DNA of 64,000 bases from Octopus vulgaris (lineage: Eukaryota), in assembly GCA_951406725.2 (NCBI GenBank), contig OX597816.1:159526001-159590000 (forward strand), read 5' to 3'. A program made the translations under genes and the position numbers. Position 1 is the stretch's first letter; each line of letters opens with the position of its first letter. This document shows, piece by piece, positions 1-11,830 of this stretch. Under the pieces are notes generated by a model. The model saw nothing but the letters and a program-made list of their open reading frames with translations, was not told where the DNA came from and did not search any database.

Positions 1-110
1 CAAGTAGAGAGTTATTGTTTACAGAGACATATGCCCTTCACTCGGGCAACTCCCTAGTGTCATCCAAATAACACCAGAGACTTTGGAGTAATTGTTGATA
101 ATAATCAAAG

Positions 111-1040
111 GTTGGTCCGGGATTTTTTGAAAAAATTTGTCCAGTGAACTCTTGAATTTTATGGGATCCGTTTTCATTTTGTCGTATTTTGGTATGATAT
201 TAAAGAGAGCTGGACCGGTTGAGGTAAAGTAGTTGTGGCGTAATGTTGTTATGTGTCCTGAGTTCGATTTTTGTAGTGGACGGATACCACGGGGGCCAAG
301 TCTTGGATGGATTTTAAAATTGATACCAACATCATTTGTGAAATATTGATGGAATATTTTCCACATCACACAAATGATGTGGCGCTCCCGATAGTGTTGG
401 AGAGAGTAGAGTTTGAGTTTCTTTAGTCGACCCCAATAGTCAATGTCTGTCATGCCCTCTATCTTTCTTGTTATTGACCTCTGGAGTGCTTCCACTTTCA
501 TAATGAGTGGCTTCGTGTGTGAAGATCACAGTGGGAAACAGTATTCAAGGTGGAGTCGGGCAAAAGTACAGTAGAGAAGGATGATGGTATGGGAATCTCT
601 AGACCGGAAAGTTCTCAGAATTCAGGAGCATATCTTGCGAGCCAAGTCAACCTTGCTGTTTACGTGGGAACTCCAGCTTTGATTATTATCAACAATTACT
701 CCAAAGTCTCTGGTGTTATTTGGATGACACTAGGGAGTTGCCCGAGTGAAGGGCATATGGTAGTTTCAGAGTATCCTCTTTTCCAAATTGAATCAAATTA
801 AACTTATCCTCATTTAGAAGCATATTGTTCTGTTCCGCCCATTGGACAACAGCAAACAGGTCCGACTGAAGGCATGTTCGGTTTCCCATACTGTTTATTG
901 CCTTCCGGAATTTGGAATCATCTGCAAAGATTTTCAATGTAGAATGTTTGATGACGTCTACTCTGTCATTGAATGTAGATAATGAAGAGGAATGGGCCCA
1001 ATACAGTACCTTGTGGGACACCACTACTGACTTTGGCTAA
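111..1040 (-). mobile_element. CR1-clade LINE, 3' part of RT ORF2 (frameshifted, truncated)
   Basis: Minus-strand translation across frameshifts gives SSGVPQGTVLGP, LKIFADDSK (RT YADD-type motif), RDFGVIVDNNQSWSSHV and LQRSITRKIEGMTDIDYWGRLKKLKLYSL. These are typical CR1 RT and C-terminal motifs. Confidence 0.85.
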
Positions 1041-1699
1041 GCTTGGTCGGATTCCCTCAAACACAACATATTGAGTTTTGTTCAAACGATGAAGTTGAGA
1101 AATGAAAACGCTAATCTCTGTTAATAACAAACTTGTCCATAATAGCTTATTTTGAAGTATTTACTTATTCGTTTCGATCATTCAAAGATAGCCCAGCAAT
1201 TTTTTTTATATATTCCCCCTTGATATTGCTTTCATTTTAATTGACGCTCCTTTATTAAATATTACCAAAATATCTAACCTGAATGTTCTATTCCATTAAG
1301 AGTAACTTTATGCAGTTTGTAACTAACGAAAGTGTTGCTTCAAACCATTTTGATACTAACCTAGAAATTTAAAACTTAATCCACAAGCAGCTGTGTGATA
1401 AGCGAAAACTGTTTCATTTGTAGCAGCAGCAGCTTGGTCTTAAGAGCCTTATCATAATCATAGGGCTCAATGTTTTGGAAAATGTTTACAATAGATTACA
1501 AAGATGTTGCTTTTAGAAATATTTTATGTGTTTTATTTGGCAATATCACAACGTCCTCAACGGTTCGCTGAAATTGTTGATCTACATTAACTATATTTAT
1601 CATTGCATCAAAATAAAATAGCAAAATGCGAACAAACTATTGATGGTCTGCGTTGGTAAATAGTAAATACAAATACAAAAATGTTCATAAAATGGAATT

Positions 1700-2005
1700 G
1701 GTATGCCGCGAGGAAAAGAAGACTGGCGTTTCGGTGAGGATTCAAAGCATATTAACTTATTCTATTCTGAGAACTTTTCTTATCGGTATGTGCTTGGCTT
1801 TGAGATATTTCAAGATGAAGATGTGGTGAATCTTGCAGGCATGAAGTGGATTCGATCTACCATAGCCAAATTTCAAGTAACAGTTCAACAGAACTTTTCT
1901 CATGGTGGAACAATAGTTTTTCTGTGACAGTTTACATTTGCCAGATGCCTAAGCTAGGCCGAAATAATGTCTTCGCCACTTGACCCTTCTAACCTCTTCT
2001 ATTCC
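1700..2005 (-). mobile_element. Possible very old LINE RT N-terminal remnant (Jockey/I/CR1-like)
   Basis: Broken peptides KGSSGEDIISA*LRHL and SPKRQSSFPRG resemble the K.PG.D.I....LKHL and Q.GFRPG motifs. Heavily decayed. Confidence 0.3.
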
Positions 2006-2051
2006 ATCAAAAACTAGAATTAAGATAACAAGAACTACCAACGAAATCTAT

Positions 2052-2586
2052 TGTTCTCAGCGATATGTCTATCCTTCTGGATAGTTATAAAAGCAAGAGC
2101 CCCCAAGCAAAAATCAGTTAGTCACTTGGTGGCAACTCAATCAGTTAGTGACAACTCGAGTGAATGGATAATTAGTCATGGCCACAAGCAGGCAACCAAA
2201 CGGCCAGAGGGGAAAAGAAAGAAGTTTACAATCAGCAACTATGCGAGCTAAGGCCCCACACTCTCTCACTTTCACTAACTCACTTTCTCTTCTCTGCACA
2301 TTACCATATCTTTCTCTACAATAAGAACATACAGGCCGAAATTAACCGTTTTACTTCGCATGCTTTACGATTTCATCACCTTCCCGTCGAGGCAAGCTAT
2401 TGTATAATGTAACGGTACAATAAATATTTTCTTTACAACTTCAATCACTGTTCTTTCATCTTTACATATTGGCAATCAACGAAGAACCAATCTTTACAAA
2501 CTGATTACGACTCCGACGTTCCATATTATTGTTTACTAATTAACCCAACCTTTACAAACCGGTGATCCCGACGTTGCACCATAACA
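2052..2586 (+). mobile_element. Candidate solo LTR / LTR-like segment
   Basis: TG start, TATAAAA near 2086, AATAAA near 2419, and CGGTGATCCCGACGTTG near 2560, resembling a tRNA-Trp PBS (TGGTGACCCCGACGTG). No TSD found. Confidence 0.3.
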
Positions 2587-2740
2587 GGCATCGTTACAAA
2601 TATATAAAATAAACGACAATAAACTAAACGGGATGAAACAGATCCCCGGTGATTTATGAAAATTTAAGGGCAGACCACAAAGTGAAACTATACCCTCAAT
2701 GGTATAATTTCTAGGTGTACTTAAAAGAATCGATGAAAGA

Positions 2741-2880
2741 GGCGTGACTGTGCGGTAAGAAGCTGTGGTTCAGTCCCACTGTGTGGCACCTTGAGCAAGT
2801 GTCTTCTACTATAACCTCGGGCCGACCAAAGCCTTTGTGAGTGGATTTGGTAGACAGAAACTGGAAGAAGCCTGTCGCCA
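2741..2880 (+). mobile_element. tRNA-derived SINE family A (CORE-like, octopus-type), 5' part
   Basis: GGCGTGACTGTGCGGTAAGAAG...GGTTCAGTCCCACTG..GGCACCTTGAGCAAGTGTCTTCTACTATA; matches many other copies in the window. Confidence 0.85.
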
Positions 2881-3072
2881 TGTTGGACCGCTGAAATCTA
2901 CAAGTTTTTTCCATTCTCTCTCTGTTTATTTTTTCTTGCTTATTCGTTTACTTATTACACAATTTTTTTTTCTCATTTTTGTGACCGGGTGTTAACGTTG
3001 AGTTTTCGGATCCTGTGTCATTCATCGTGCGCTTTTTAAAAATTTTTATTCGGTTACAGGTATCGCGAATAT

Positions 3073-3289
3073 CTCTCTCTATCCGCTCAGTCGAAGTCGA
3101 CTCTCGGTCACTCGTTGGATCAGTGTCCTCCAGTCAGTTCTATCCTGGGCCGCTTCTTTCAGATTGGCTATGTCCATTCCGGTATCACTCTTGATGGTGT
3201 CAAGTCAGCGGGTTCTTGGTCGGCCTCTTCCTCTCTTGCCACTGACCATTCCGAGCATGATGTCCTTCTCCAGGGATTTTCTCCGCATA
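3073..3289 (-). mobile_element. Young 5'-truncated RTE (BovB-like) LINE with 12-bp TSD
   Basis: Translation RKSLEKDIMLGMVSGKRGRGRPRTR*LDTIKSDTGM...EAAQDRTDWRTLIQRVTESRLRLSG*, then a (GA)n tail. TSD TATCGCGAATAT at 3061-3072 and 3290-3301. Confidence 0.9.
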
Positions 3290-3471
3290 TATCGCGAATA
3301 TATACCTGTGTTAAAACCGAACTAGGTCACTGAAATTAGAACTGAAGGGGCTTCTATATTAAACCCTGTTCATCTGAGATGAAGGCGAATATGAGAGGTT
3401 CAACAAATAGATTTTAAGTGCACAACGTGATGACAATCCAAACGAACGTGAAGATTGGAACTTCGATCGAT

Positions 3472-4307
3472 GGTTACGAATCCGTTGTGTAGCTCCAACA
3501 CGTTACACACACACACACACACACACAAAGGTTACACGAAGTCTCATCTAAAGTTAATGTTATGCCATGCATGGATAATCTTTTCTCGCAGTCTTTGCAA
3601 AAGTTTACTTGGCGTCCATTTATCAAATGTGTAGCGAACTCTAGTGTTCTTCCTCTCTCTAATATATATAAAGACTTACGAACGTAGCAGGTAACAGCTA
3701 ACCTTTGGTCACTGTTTTGGACCACGTTGTGTCTATCACTCTGATTGGTTGGTATTGGCGCAATTTGTCTCTTACTCTATCGTGTGCCAATATGCAACAC
3801 AACCAATCGCAGCCTTCAAATAAGTCACGTGAGACAGTCTGTTCCAAACAAGCATCTGAGCCTACCATCAACTATAAAAGTTCACCTCTTTTTAGTCTCA
3901 AAGTTTGTTGGTTTCCGACCTTCTAAAGTCTAACCATTGACCACATTGCAGCGATCTCCATCTTCGTCGCCACCATGATGTCTCTCACCAACGTCAACAA
4001 GATCTACACAGCACCAACACATTGCAATGGTTCTAACATAGCGCTGTTCGTGAACTTTCATCACCAGGGTTAACAGCTAACATACAACCCACGCAGATGC
4101 ATGTAGATATATGAATAAATGTCCATCAACCACTTCAGCTTGTGTATATATACGTGTGACCACAATAAACGTATTTAAAGTTATCAATCTTGGTTATATG
4201 TTCTTCATACCGGGTTTACTACTAAATAATATTACAGCCTTCGAAGCGGAGTCACATTAGATGGAATACCACCTAGCCATCTAAAAATGCACTTAACATT
4301 CCTAACA
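3472..4307 (+). mobile_element. Possible solo LTR
   Basis: Starts near GTTACGAA, ends CCTAACA, with an internal TATAAAA and two AATAAA. Complex non-coding sequence; no TSD seen. Confidence 0.25.
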
Positions 4308-6229
4308 ATAAAATAAGCACCAGTTGAGCACTGGGGTCGGCGTAATCGTCTAACCCCCTACCCCTAAACTTACTGACCTTGTGCCAAAACTTGAAGCCAC
4401 TATTATATTTATTTATGAACTAAAAATAAACGAAATCGATCGTATTTTACACCAAATCGAATTTCACAAATATCATTTTCTTACACCTGTACCTTTGTGC
4501 TTATTGTTCATAATGAACGATAATAAACGATTATGATTTTCTTCTGCTTTGATTCATGGCTCTTTCAATTCGTTTCAGTTCGTGGTCTGCTATTATATGT
4601 TCACAAACCGGAAGCTCTTCAACAAACGAAAGAGAATAACTGATTTTTTTTTTCGGCAAATTCCAGATGATTCATTTGCAAAACATTTTTGTTAAAATGC
4701 AATGATTTATTTGGGAAACTTTGTTGCTATACAAAAACTGGAAGAAATGATGACCAAACGGGTAAACCAATAGATGGATGCCGTTTGTGAACAAGACACC
4801 AGCAGAATTCTCGTAGATACGATGAGAATAGATTGTAAGAATTTCCCTGCGTCGCTCAAAATTTATCTTTCATGTTGCTATCTCTTCTCTGACATTTGTA
4901 TGCAACACTTCATCTTTGGTATCTACTAAATGAAGATTGGTTAACAGCCGACAGTTAAGGGAAAGAAATACAACTTTTAAAAATTGATAAACGCCAAATA
5001 AAAATCAGCCACGAAATACAACTTATCTTTTAATTAATATCATTGCTGGTCATTTACTTTTTCAAGCTCCCCCGCAGGACCAGGACACACAGACTAACTG
5101 GTTCTGAGGATAGGGACGAAGAACAGAAACTTTCTCAGCTTAATGATGTTGACAGTTTTGCATTTAACCTCCAGCCTTCGCAGAATGGAACTATTCATTT
5201 CTCATTCCATTTTATTCAAAAGTGTCTTCTGTCGCCATGCATCACGAAGGCTTCTTATCATTTTGCTAAATAACCTTTTAAGGAGTGCAACTTCCTTTGC
5301 ATACGAACCCTTAGCAGACATATTTTGACGCTTCTGTTTTTCCGCAATTAATTCGAAAATTTGATGATTGCAGCAGCTATTCATAGTCTGTATGGATCTT
5401 ACTTGTTTGTAGTCGTTATTGCAGAGTGCAAATAATAGCTAAAATGTTAATGATAATAAAAATAATTTTTTTCAAACCTTAAACAGAAATGATAACTATC
5501 CGCAGAAACTGTCGTTTAAAATTCATATATAGCTTCAAGAGACTTTTAAAGCTAAATGAAAGCTGCCAATATTTTACATGGTCAGTAAAGCTCTGGGGGT
5601 CGATTTAATCGACATTAACCTTCCACATCAAGTGTGGTTTGGTGCCAATGTTAGAAACTACTATTTCAAAAGGTTCCCCTCAGTCATCGATTGATCTTAG
5701 TGGCGTTATATTGCAGATGACGTCAAACAAGCGCCCCGGTTGACAACGGCCTTACGTTTTCCTTTAGCTTCTCTTCTATATTTATTTATTTATATGAGCG
5801 TGTGTTTAAAAATAGCATGAAAATGAAACTACAATGACGGATCTGTCTTTACAGAAACAGAAAATAGACCTTATAGTCGTTCTTAAAAAGAGATAGAAAT
5901 CAGTACCCTTATCACGATCTTTCTGTCGTTTTTACGACACAGTTACCATAATAATGCTACAGCTCGTTCACCTCCTGTCTGACCTTATCTGTCTCGCTAT
6001 CATCTCACGGTATCTATATTTTATTTTTATCTGTTTCTCTGCTTCGCCTGCGCTCACACATGAAACCAACATGAAAGTCCATAATGGAAGCTCCTAAAAG
6101 GGAAGACATTCATAAAGTTTTAAAAACTTCATCATTAATCCCTGTCTCTCCCCTCCACCTGTAGCAAACTTACGGACTAGCCAGGATATCGGCTTATCCG
6201 GGACATATTTCTTTATCCATCTGTTTGTC

Positions 6230-6752
6230 TGTCTGTCTTCTCTCCCTCTTTCTCTCTCTCTTTCCCCTGTGTGTGTGATGTACAGAAATCAGAGTAATAA
6301 AAAAAATTATATTATTAAAATGGACGAGAAAAGTATGGAATAGAAAAGTATTAAAAGAAAGAAACTGAAGTATCGAGTTGACTGAGAGAGAGAGATGAGG
6401 AGATACAGTATGAGAAAGCGGGGTGAACAGAAAGATATAGACAAACACAATGGAGATGATTAGAGGGAAAGAGAGAATGAAGATAGACAAAAAGATGGTG
6501 ACTTAAAGAACACGAGAGAGAGAGAGAGAATTGATGTAGAGCTATAGGTAAATAATACAGTGTGAGCGTGTGATGATGATCGAGGGAGGACAGCAATGTA
6601 GAAAAATAGGTTGAAAGAGGGAGAGTGGCAAAGAGAAAGAGAAAGAAAATTGAACAGAAACAAAGCAGATAGTGAGTAGGACTGATGTAAGAAGAGGGCG
6701 AGGACAAGGTACAGAGAGGTCCATTGATAGAAAAAGAACGAAAGAGTGAGCT

Positions 6753-6784
<32 letters not shown>

Positions 6785-6860
6785 GTAGGAGAAGAGAGAG
6801 AATAGGTTTAGCAGATGGGAAAGACAGAGACTTAGAGAGAGAGGAGGAAGATATTAAACA
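6230..6860 (+). repeat. GA-rich low-complexity / (AG)n tract
   Basis: Purine-rich degenerate AG repeats with a pure (AG)n run near 6758-6784. Confidence 0.85.
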
Positions 6861-7312
6861 GAGATCCGTTCACTTTAAAAACATGGTTTATAAGTAGTTC
6901 ATACTAAACTGTATTTTACTTTTCTGCTATCTGGCACCAGTCACAATCTCGACTTATTTAATACGAAACGAAAGCATCATTTTAAGCAAACCCAGCTTTT
7001 ACATTAAAAATAATAATTATTATGATTAATGGTTATAACTACGGTTGTTTTTTCTTTTCCACTAGAATCGAAGAGCATTATCTAGTCTTAACAGATTAAT
7101 AGAGAGAAAGAGAGAGAGAGAAATAGAGAATCGATGAAAGAAGGAAAGTAAAAAAGAGAGTACGTCAGTGCATATGCGTGTGATAGAGGGAGGAGTTCCC
7201 TCTAGAATGAGGAGGATTTCCTGTTAATATGGGGCGATAATTAAGGCAACACCTTTAATTACTTGTAAAGTGATTACTATGTCCAGTTAAGTTACAAGTC
7301 TCTCTCATCACT

Positions 7313-7335
7313 CCTTTTGGCTAAGATCAAAGTGT
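7313..7335 (+). pseudogene. U2 snRNA 5' fragment (non-functional)
   Basis: CCTTTTGGCTAAGATCAAAGTGT matches the conserved U2 5' region from recall (protostome-type AAA variant), then runs into (TG)n. The rest of U2 is absent. Confidence 0.65.
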
Positions 7336-7616
7336 GTGTGTGAGCGTGTACATACATACTCATAAACACGTACACACGGGCATCATTCAAAAACGTTTAT
7401 TTGCTGCTTGTTTAGCCCCCAAGTCAGTCCTAATTGAGCAGACTTATGATAACAAATATTCCAGTCTTGACTATCTTGTCCCTTTGTAGGACTATATAAT
7501 CCAATGCAGCGTTCTTGCATAAAGATGCTAGTGTATGATTTGTGGAAATTTGGTTGTTATTACTAGCTGTGCGGCGGATGCAAAGATGCACGCGTTGTTC
7601 TGGAACAAATGAGCAT

Positions 7617-8075
7617 GAGTGAGTGTGCATGACGCCTATCTGCTGATTTTATTGAGTGTGAGTGACATCTGATGACGTGAATGAGTGTATGTGAACTAGT
7701 ATGTGTATTAGTGTGATTGACAGCTATCTGGTGGCGTGAGTGAGTGTGACCGACCTATCTGGTGGCGTGTGAGTGTGCTTCAATAAGTTTGTGTGTGTGT
7801 GAGTGTGAGAGACAGAGAGAGAATGTTCCTGAATAGATTATGTGTCTGAGTGAATGCGACTACCACCTATTTGGAGGCGTGTGAATAACTGAGCCTGAAC
7901 AAGCAAACGTGAGCGACACCTATGTGGAAGTGTGTGAATATGCACAGTATGCGTGTATGAATGAATGTGAGTGAGTGCCTCATATCTGGTGACGTTTGAA
8001 TGAGTGTACCTGAATAAGTATATGTGTAAGCGTGACTAACACCTATCTGGTTGCGTGTGAATGAGTGTACCTGTT
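7617..8075 (+). repeat. Degenerate minisatellite, core CCTATCTGGTGGCGTG
   Basis: About 8 diverged copies of GTGAGTGTGAC..CACCTATCTGGTGGCGTG separated by TG-rich spacers. Confidence 0.75.
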
Positions 8076-8961
8076 TAAGTATGCGTTCGAATCTGCACAT
8101 GTTGCACGTAGCATTCTACTTCTGGATATGTGTGTGTATGGATTTCCTTCTTTCTAAATAGTTGTTAGTATACCGACCGACCAATTAATGATGTATCAGA
8201 TAGCTATGAAACTATTTACAATATCTGCTACCGGTGTGTGTATGTGCACATATATATGGTATTCCGCCTACTGTTTCTATGCGATACATCCTATATATGT
8301 GCGTTTGAATTAACAAAACTCTTATGAAAGCCTCTCTAATCATAGCCATTCTTTTTAAGAGTATTTAGGACAACAAAATTTAACGAATTTAATCTCTCCG
8401 ATCCTTATCCCAGACACAGTGTGTTATCTGTGGGAGATTTCGCTGTTATTTCCAGGATATCTAGCGATCATATACAGGCTTACTATGTTATCGCGTGTGT
8501 GTGTGTGTGTGCATGCGTGTGCAAAGCATCCTACATGTGAATGGAATTAGAAACACTATGTCGTGAGACTTAGTACATTTACTTGTTGCATGCATATGTA
8601 GTGAACGTATCTAGATGTTTGTGTGTATGTACGTACGCATGCATGTCTTCGTGAAAATCCCCAGCTGTATGTAATGTTCCTTACCTTCACATCCGAGTAT
8701 TACGCGTATATAATACACACATACATACATGCATACATAGATATATAATTACATATACACATACGTATGGACAGACGAACCGTACTTGCACGTCTATACA
8801 TATATTACTTAAACATATTACATATGCATATATTACGTGTGTATGTGTGTGTGTGTAAATTTTTTATTAACCCAAACAAGTAGAGGAGTTGAAGAAATGA
8901 AGTTGAAAATGTACAGAGGATATACAAGATTTAATTACATTTATATTTTAAATTACAGGAA

Positions 8962-9000
8962 TACACTTGACCGGTTTCACATTAAATTTTCAAAAGTGTA
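8962..9000 (-). ncRNA. Degenerate minimal type I hammerhead ribozyme motif (Penelope-type)
   Basis: Minus strand TACACTT-TTGAAAA-TTTAATGT-GAAACCGGTC-AAGTGTA. It has a 7-bp stem I and the GAAAC-CG-GTC palindromic stem III/cleavage triplet; the CUGANGA box is mutated to UUGAAAA. Confidence 0.5.
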
Positions 9001-9010
9001 TATATATATA

Positions 9011-9176
9011 TTTCTTTATTGCCCTCAAGGGGCTAAACATAGAGGGGACAAACAAGGACAGACAAAGGGATTAAGTCGATTACATCGACTCCAGTGCGAA
9101 ACTGGTACTTTATTTATCGACCCCGAAAGGATGAAAGGCAAAGTCGACCTCGGCGGAATTTGAACTCAGAACGTAG
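9011..9176 (-). mobile_element. 5'-truncated SINE family B (variant tail) with about 16-bp TSD
   Basis: Minus strand GTTCTGAGTTCAAATTCCGCCGAGGTCGACTTTGCCTTTCATCCTTTCGGGGTCGATAAA...GGGCAATAAAGAAA. CAAAAGTGTATATATA is duplicated at 8991-9006 and 9177-9192. Confidence 0.9.
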
Positions 9177-9547
9177 CAAAAGTGTATATATAGTATATGG
9201 ACCTGTGTCACGAATTACGTTTATTCTGTATGTGTGAGACAAGGCGAGAGAGAGAGAGAGAGAGAAGTATCAGAGAGCAACTACATAGTGCAAGAGTCAA
9301 TCACTTATCACTTTAGTCATTTAAGAACACAAAAAAAAACCAACTCTCTGTTATATTAGGTTTATTCTGTCAAGTGTGAAAGCGTTCACCGCTGACACAA
9401 TTCCATTGCATGAGCGCGCGCGTGTGTGCACTTTACATAAACTGATGTGCGAGAGAAATTACAAGTGTGAGAGGGATTCCAGTGGGACTCGTCGAACTGA
9501 CAGCTCGGTGTAATTACTTCTCTACCACAGTACATACAACGCACGCG

Positions 9548-10128
9548 CATACATGCATGCATACATACATACATACATACATCATACATGCATACATGCA
9601 TACATACATACATACATACATACATACATACATACATACATACATACATACATACATACATACATACATACATGCATACATACATACGTACGTACATACA
9701 TACATACATACATACATACATGCATTCATGCATACATACATACATACATACATACATACATGCATGCATGCATGCATACATACATACATACATACGTACG
9801 TACGTACGTACGTACATGCATGCATGCATGCATGCATGCATGCATGCATACATACATACATACATACATACATACATACATACATACATACATACATACA
9901 TACATACATACATACATACATACATACATACATACATACATACATACATACATACATACATACATACATACATACATACATACACACATGCATACATGCA
10001 TGCATACATACATACATACATACATACATACATTCATGCATGCATACATACATACATACATACATGCATGCATGCATACATACATACATACATACATACA
10101 TACATACATACATACATACGTACGTACA

Positions 10129-10162
<34 letters not shown>

Positions 10163-10380
10163 CATGCATACATACATACATGCATACATGCATACATGCA
10201 TACATGCATACATACATACATACATGCATACATACATACATACATACATACACACACACACATACATACATACATACATACATACATACATACATACATG
10301 CATGCATGCATGCATGCATACATACATACATACATGCATACATACATACAAACATACATACATACACACATACATATATA
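9548..10380 (+). repeat. Long (CATA)n tetranucleotide array with CATG/CGTA variants
   Basis: About 830 bp read directly; an inverse-orientation (TATG)n tract follows at about 10445-10571. Confidence 0.97.
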
Positions 10381-10465
10381 CACAATTCTTAGAAAGGATG
10401 GAGACACGTTTATACGGAGAAGGGGAGGGAGAGAGAGCAACACTGTATGCATGTATATATATGTA

Positions 10466-10501
<36 letters not shown>

Positions 10502-10944
10502 TGTATGTATGTGTATGTATGTATGTATGTATGTATGTATGTATGTATGTATGTATGCATGTATGTATGTATAAAGACAGACAGGTGAGAGAACAAGCAG
10601 GTGTGTTTATATATATAAATATATATATATGCATATATACATATATGTGTGTGTGTAAATAGGGAGACACCCCCCCCCCCACACACACACACAGAGTTAA
10701 AGAGATCTGAGTGCACACTACAATTCTTGTGGTGGACTGAAAATAATTTTTAATTCATTGCAATTACAACTATAAGTCATTAGCATTATGAAAATTTGTT
10801 GTCATTTGGGGTGAAATTTAATTTTAATAGAGATACAGTAGTACGCACCTAGCTATGTGTTCGGCATGCAGAAGGTAGCGTAGGGGAACTTTCCAGTGAC
10901 ATTATTTTAATTTATCTTAAAGGCAAGTGTGCTCCACACTAAAT

Positions 10945-11220
10945 ACTATTCCTGTTAGTTTTCCTCAGGTTCTCTGTGTTCAAGGCCCATTTCTCACTAT
11001 TATACAGCATTGCAGTTCTAACACAAATATCATACAGTCTGCTTTTCACTCTGGAAAAAAGCCATTGTTGCCTGCAATGGCAGAAGCTTCCTAAACTTTT
11101 ATCAACCCAATCTCACTCTGGCTAGTATACTTTCAGAGCAACAACATCCCTGGCTAATACTATCTCTCAGGAAGCAAAAGCTATCAGCTACTTCTAGAGA
11201 GCCACCCAGGTATTCAAGGG
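10945..11220 (-). mobile_element. Decayed RTE-clade LINE RT C-terminal fragment
   Basis: LEVADSFCFLRDSISQGCCCSESILARVRLG**KFRKLLPL...RVKSRLYDICVRTAMLYNSEKWAL, matching the RTE pattern F.YLG...ARI..W..F..L / LY...VR..MLYGSETW. Confidence 0.75.
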
Positions 11221-11236
11221 GTGTGTTCATATATAT

Positions 11237-11555
11237 TATCATCATCATCATTATTTAGGGTCCGTTGTCCATACTGGCAATGGTTGGATGGTTTGACCAG
11301 GACTGGGAAGCTGGGGAGCTGCACCAGACTCGAGTCTGATTTGACATGGTTTCTACAGCTGGATGCCCTCCCTAACACCAACCACTTCAAGAGTGTAATG
11401 GGTGCTTTTATGTGCCACCAACATGGGTGTCATTTGTATGACACCAGTATCTGCCACAACTGCGATTTTACTTGGCTTGATGGGCTTTTTCTTAAGCATA
11501 GCATAATGCCAAAGGTCTTGGTCATTTGTCATTACCTCTGTGAGGCCCAACACTC
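11237..11555 (-). mobile_element. RTE LINE 3' end (ORF C-terminus, 3'UTR, (GAT)n tail); 'family C'
   Basis: Begins with LGLTEVMTNDQDLWHYAML (RTE C-terminal DR..W type), contains GGGAGGGCATCCAGCTGTAGAAA and ends in a (GAT)n tail. Confidence 0.7.
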
Positions 11556-11609
11556 AAGGGGTGAGTGTGTGTGATGGTAGTGGTGATGGTGGTGGTGGTG
11601 GTTTTGGTA

Positions 11610-11830
11610 ATGGACAACTGTCAGTGTTGCTATCTTTCAGAATTCTCTCAGATGATAGCAACATTGGTAACATCAACCAGTGCCACATTAGAAAAGTCAC
11701 CAGCTGATTTTTAAAGACTTTGATACAGAGTATATCAGAGCCAGACCCTTTGTTCCTTTGCAAAGCTGGACAATACCAAGTTCTTTGTATCACCATCCTC
11801 TTCTGTCTTACGAAAACTTGGCTGATTTGC
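11610..11830 (+). mobile_element. Old RTE RT fragment
   Basis: YL/RILSDDSNIGNINQCHIRK...GQYQVLCITILF..TKTW resembles YLGSILS.D..I..EI..RI.K...VYQA..ITILLYG.ETW. Confidence 0.45.

Noticed and set aside
5403-5438. 36-nt minus-strand micro-exon (TTTTAG|...|GTAAGA)
   Set aside because: Splice signals only; no recognisable peptide or partner exons.
5718-5725. Perfect CRE sites TGACGTCA (also 13370-13377 and 63102-63109)
   Set aside because: A few 8-mers in 64 kb are near chance expectation, and there is no supporting TSS evidence.
9386-10718. Long ORFs of 200-400 aa (MYVC/HTYI repeats)
   Set aside because: Stop-free translations of (CATA)n/(TATG)n microsatellites.
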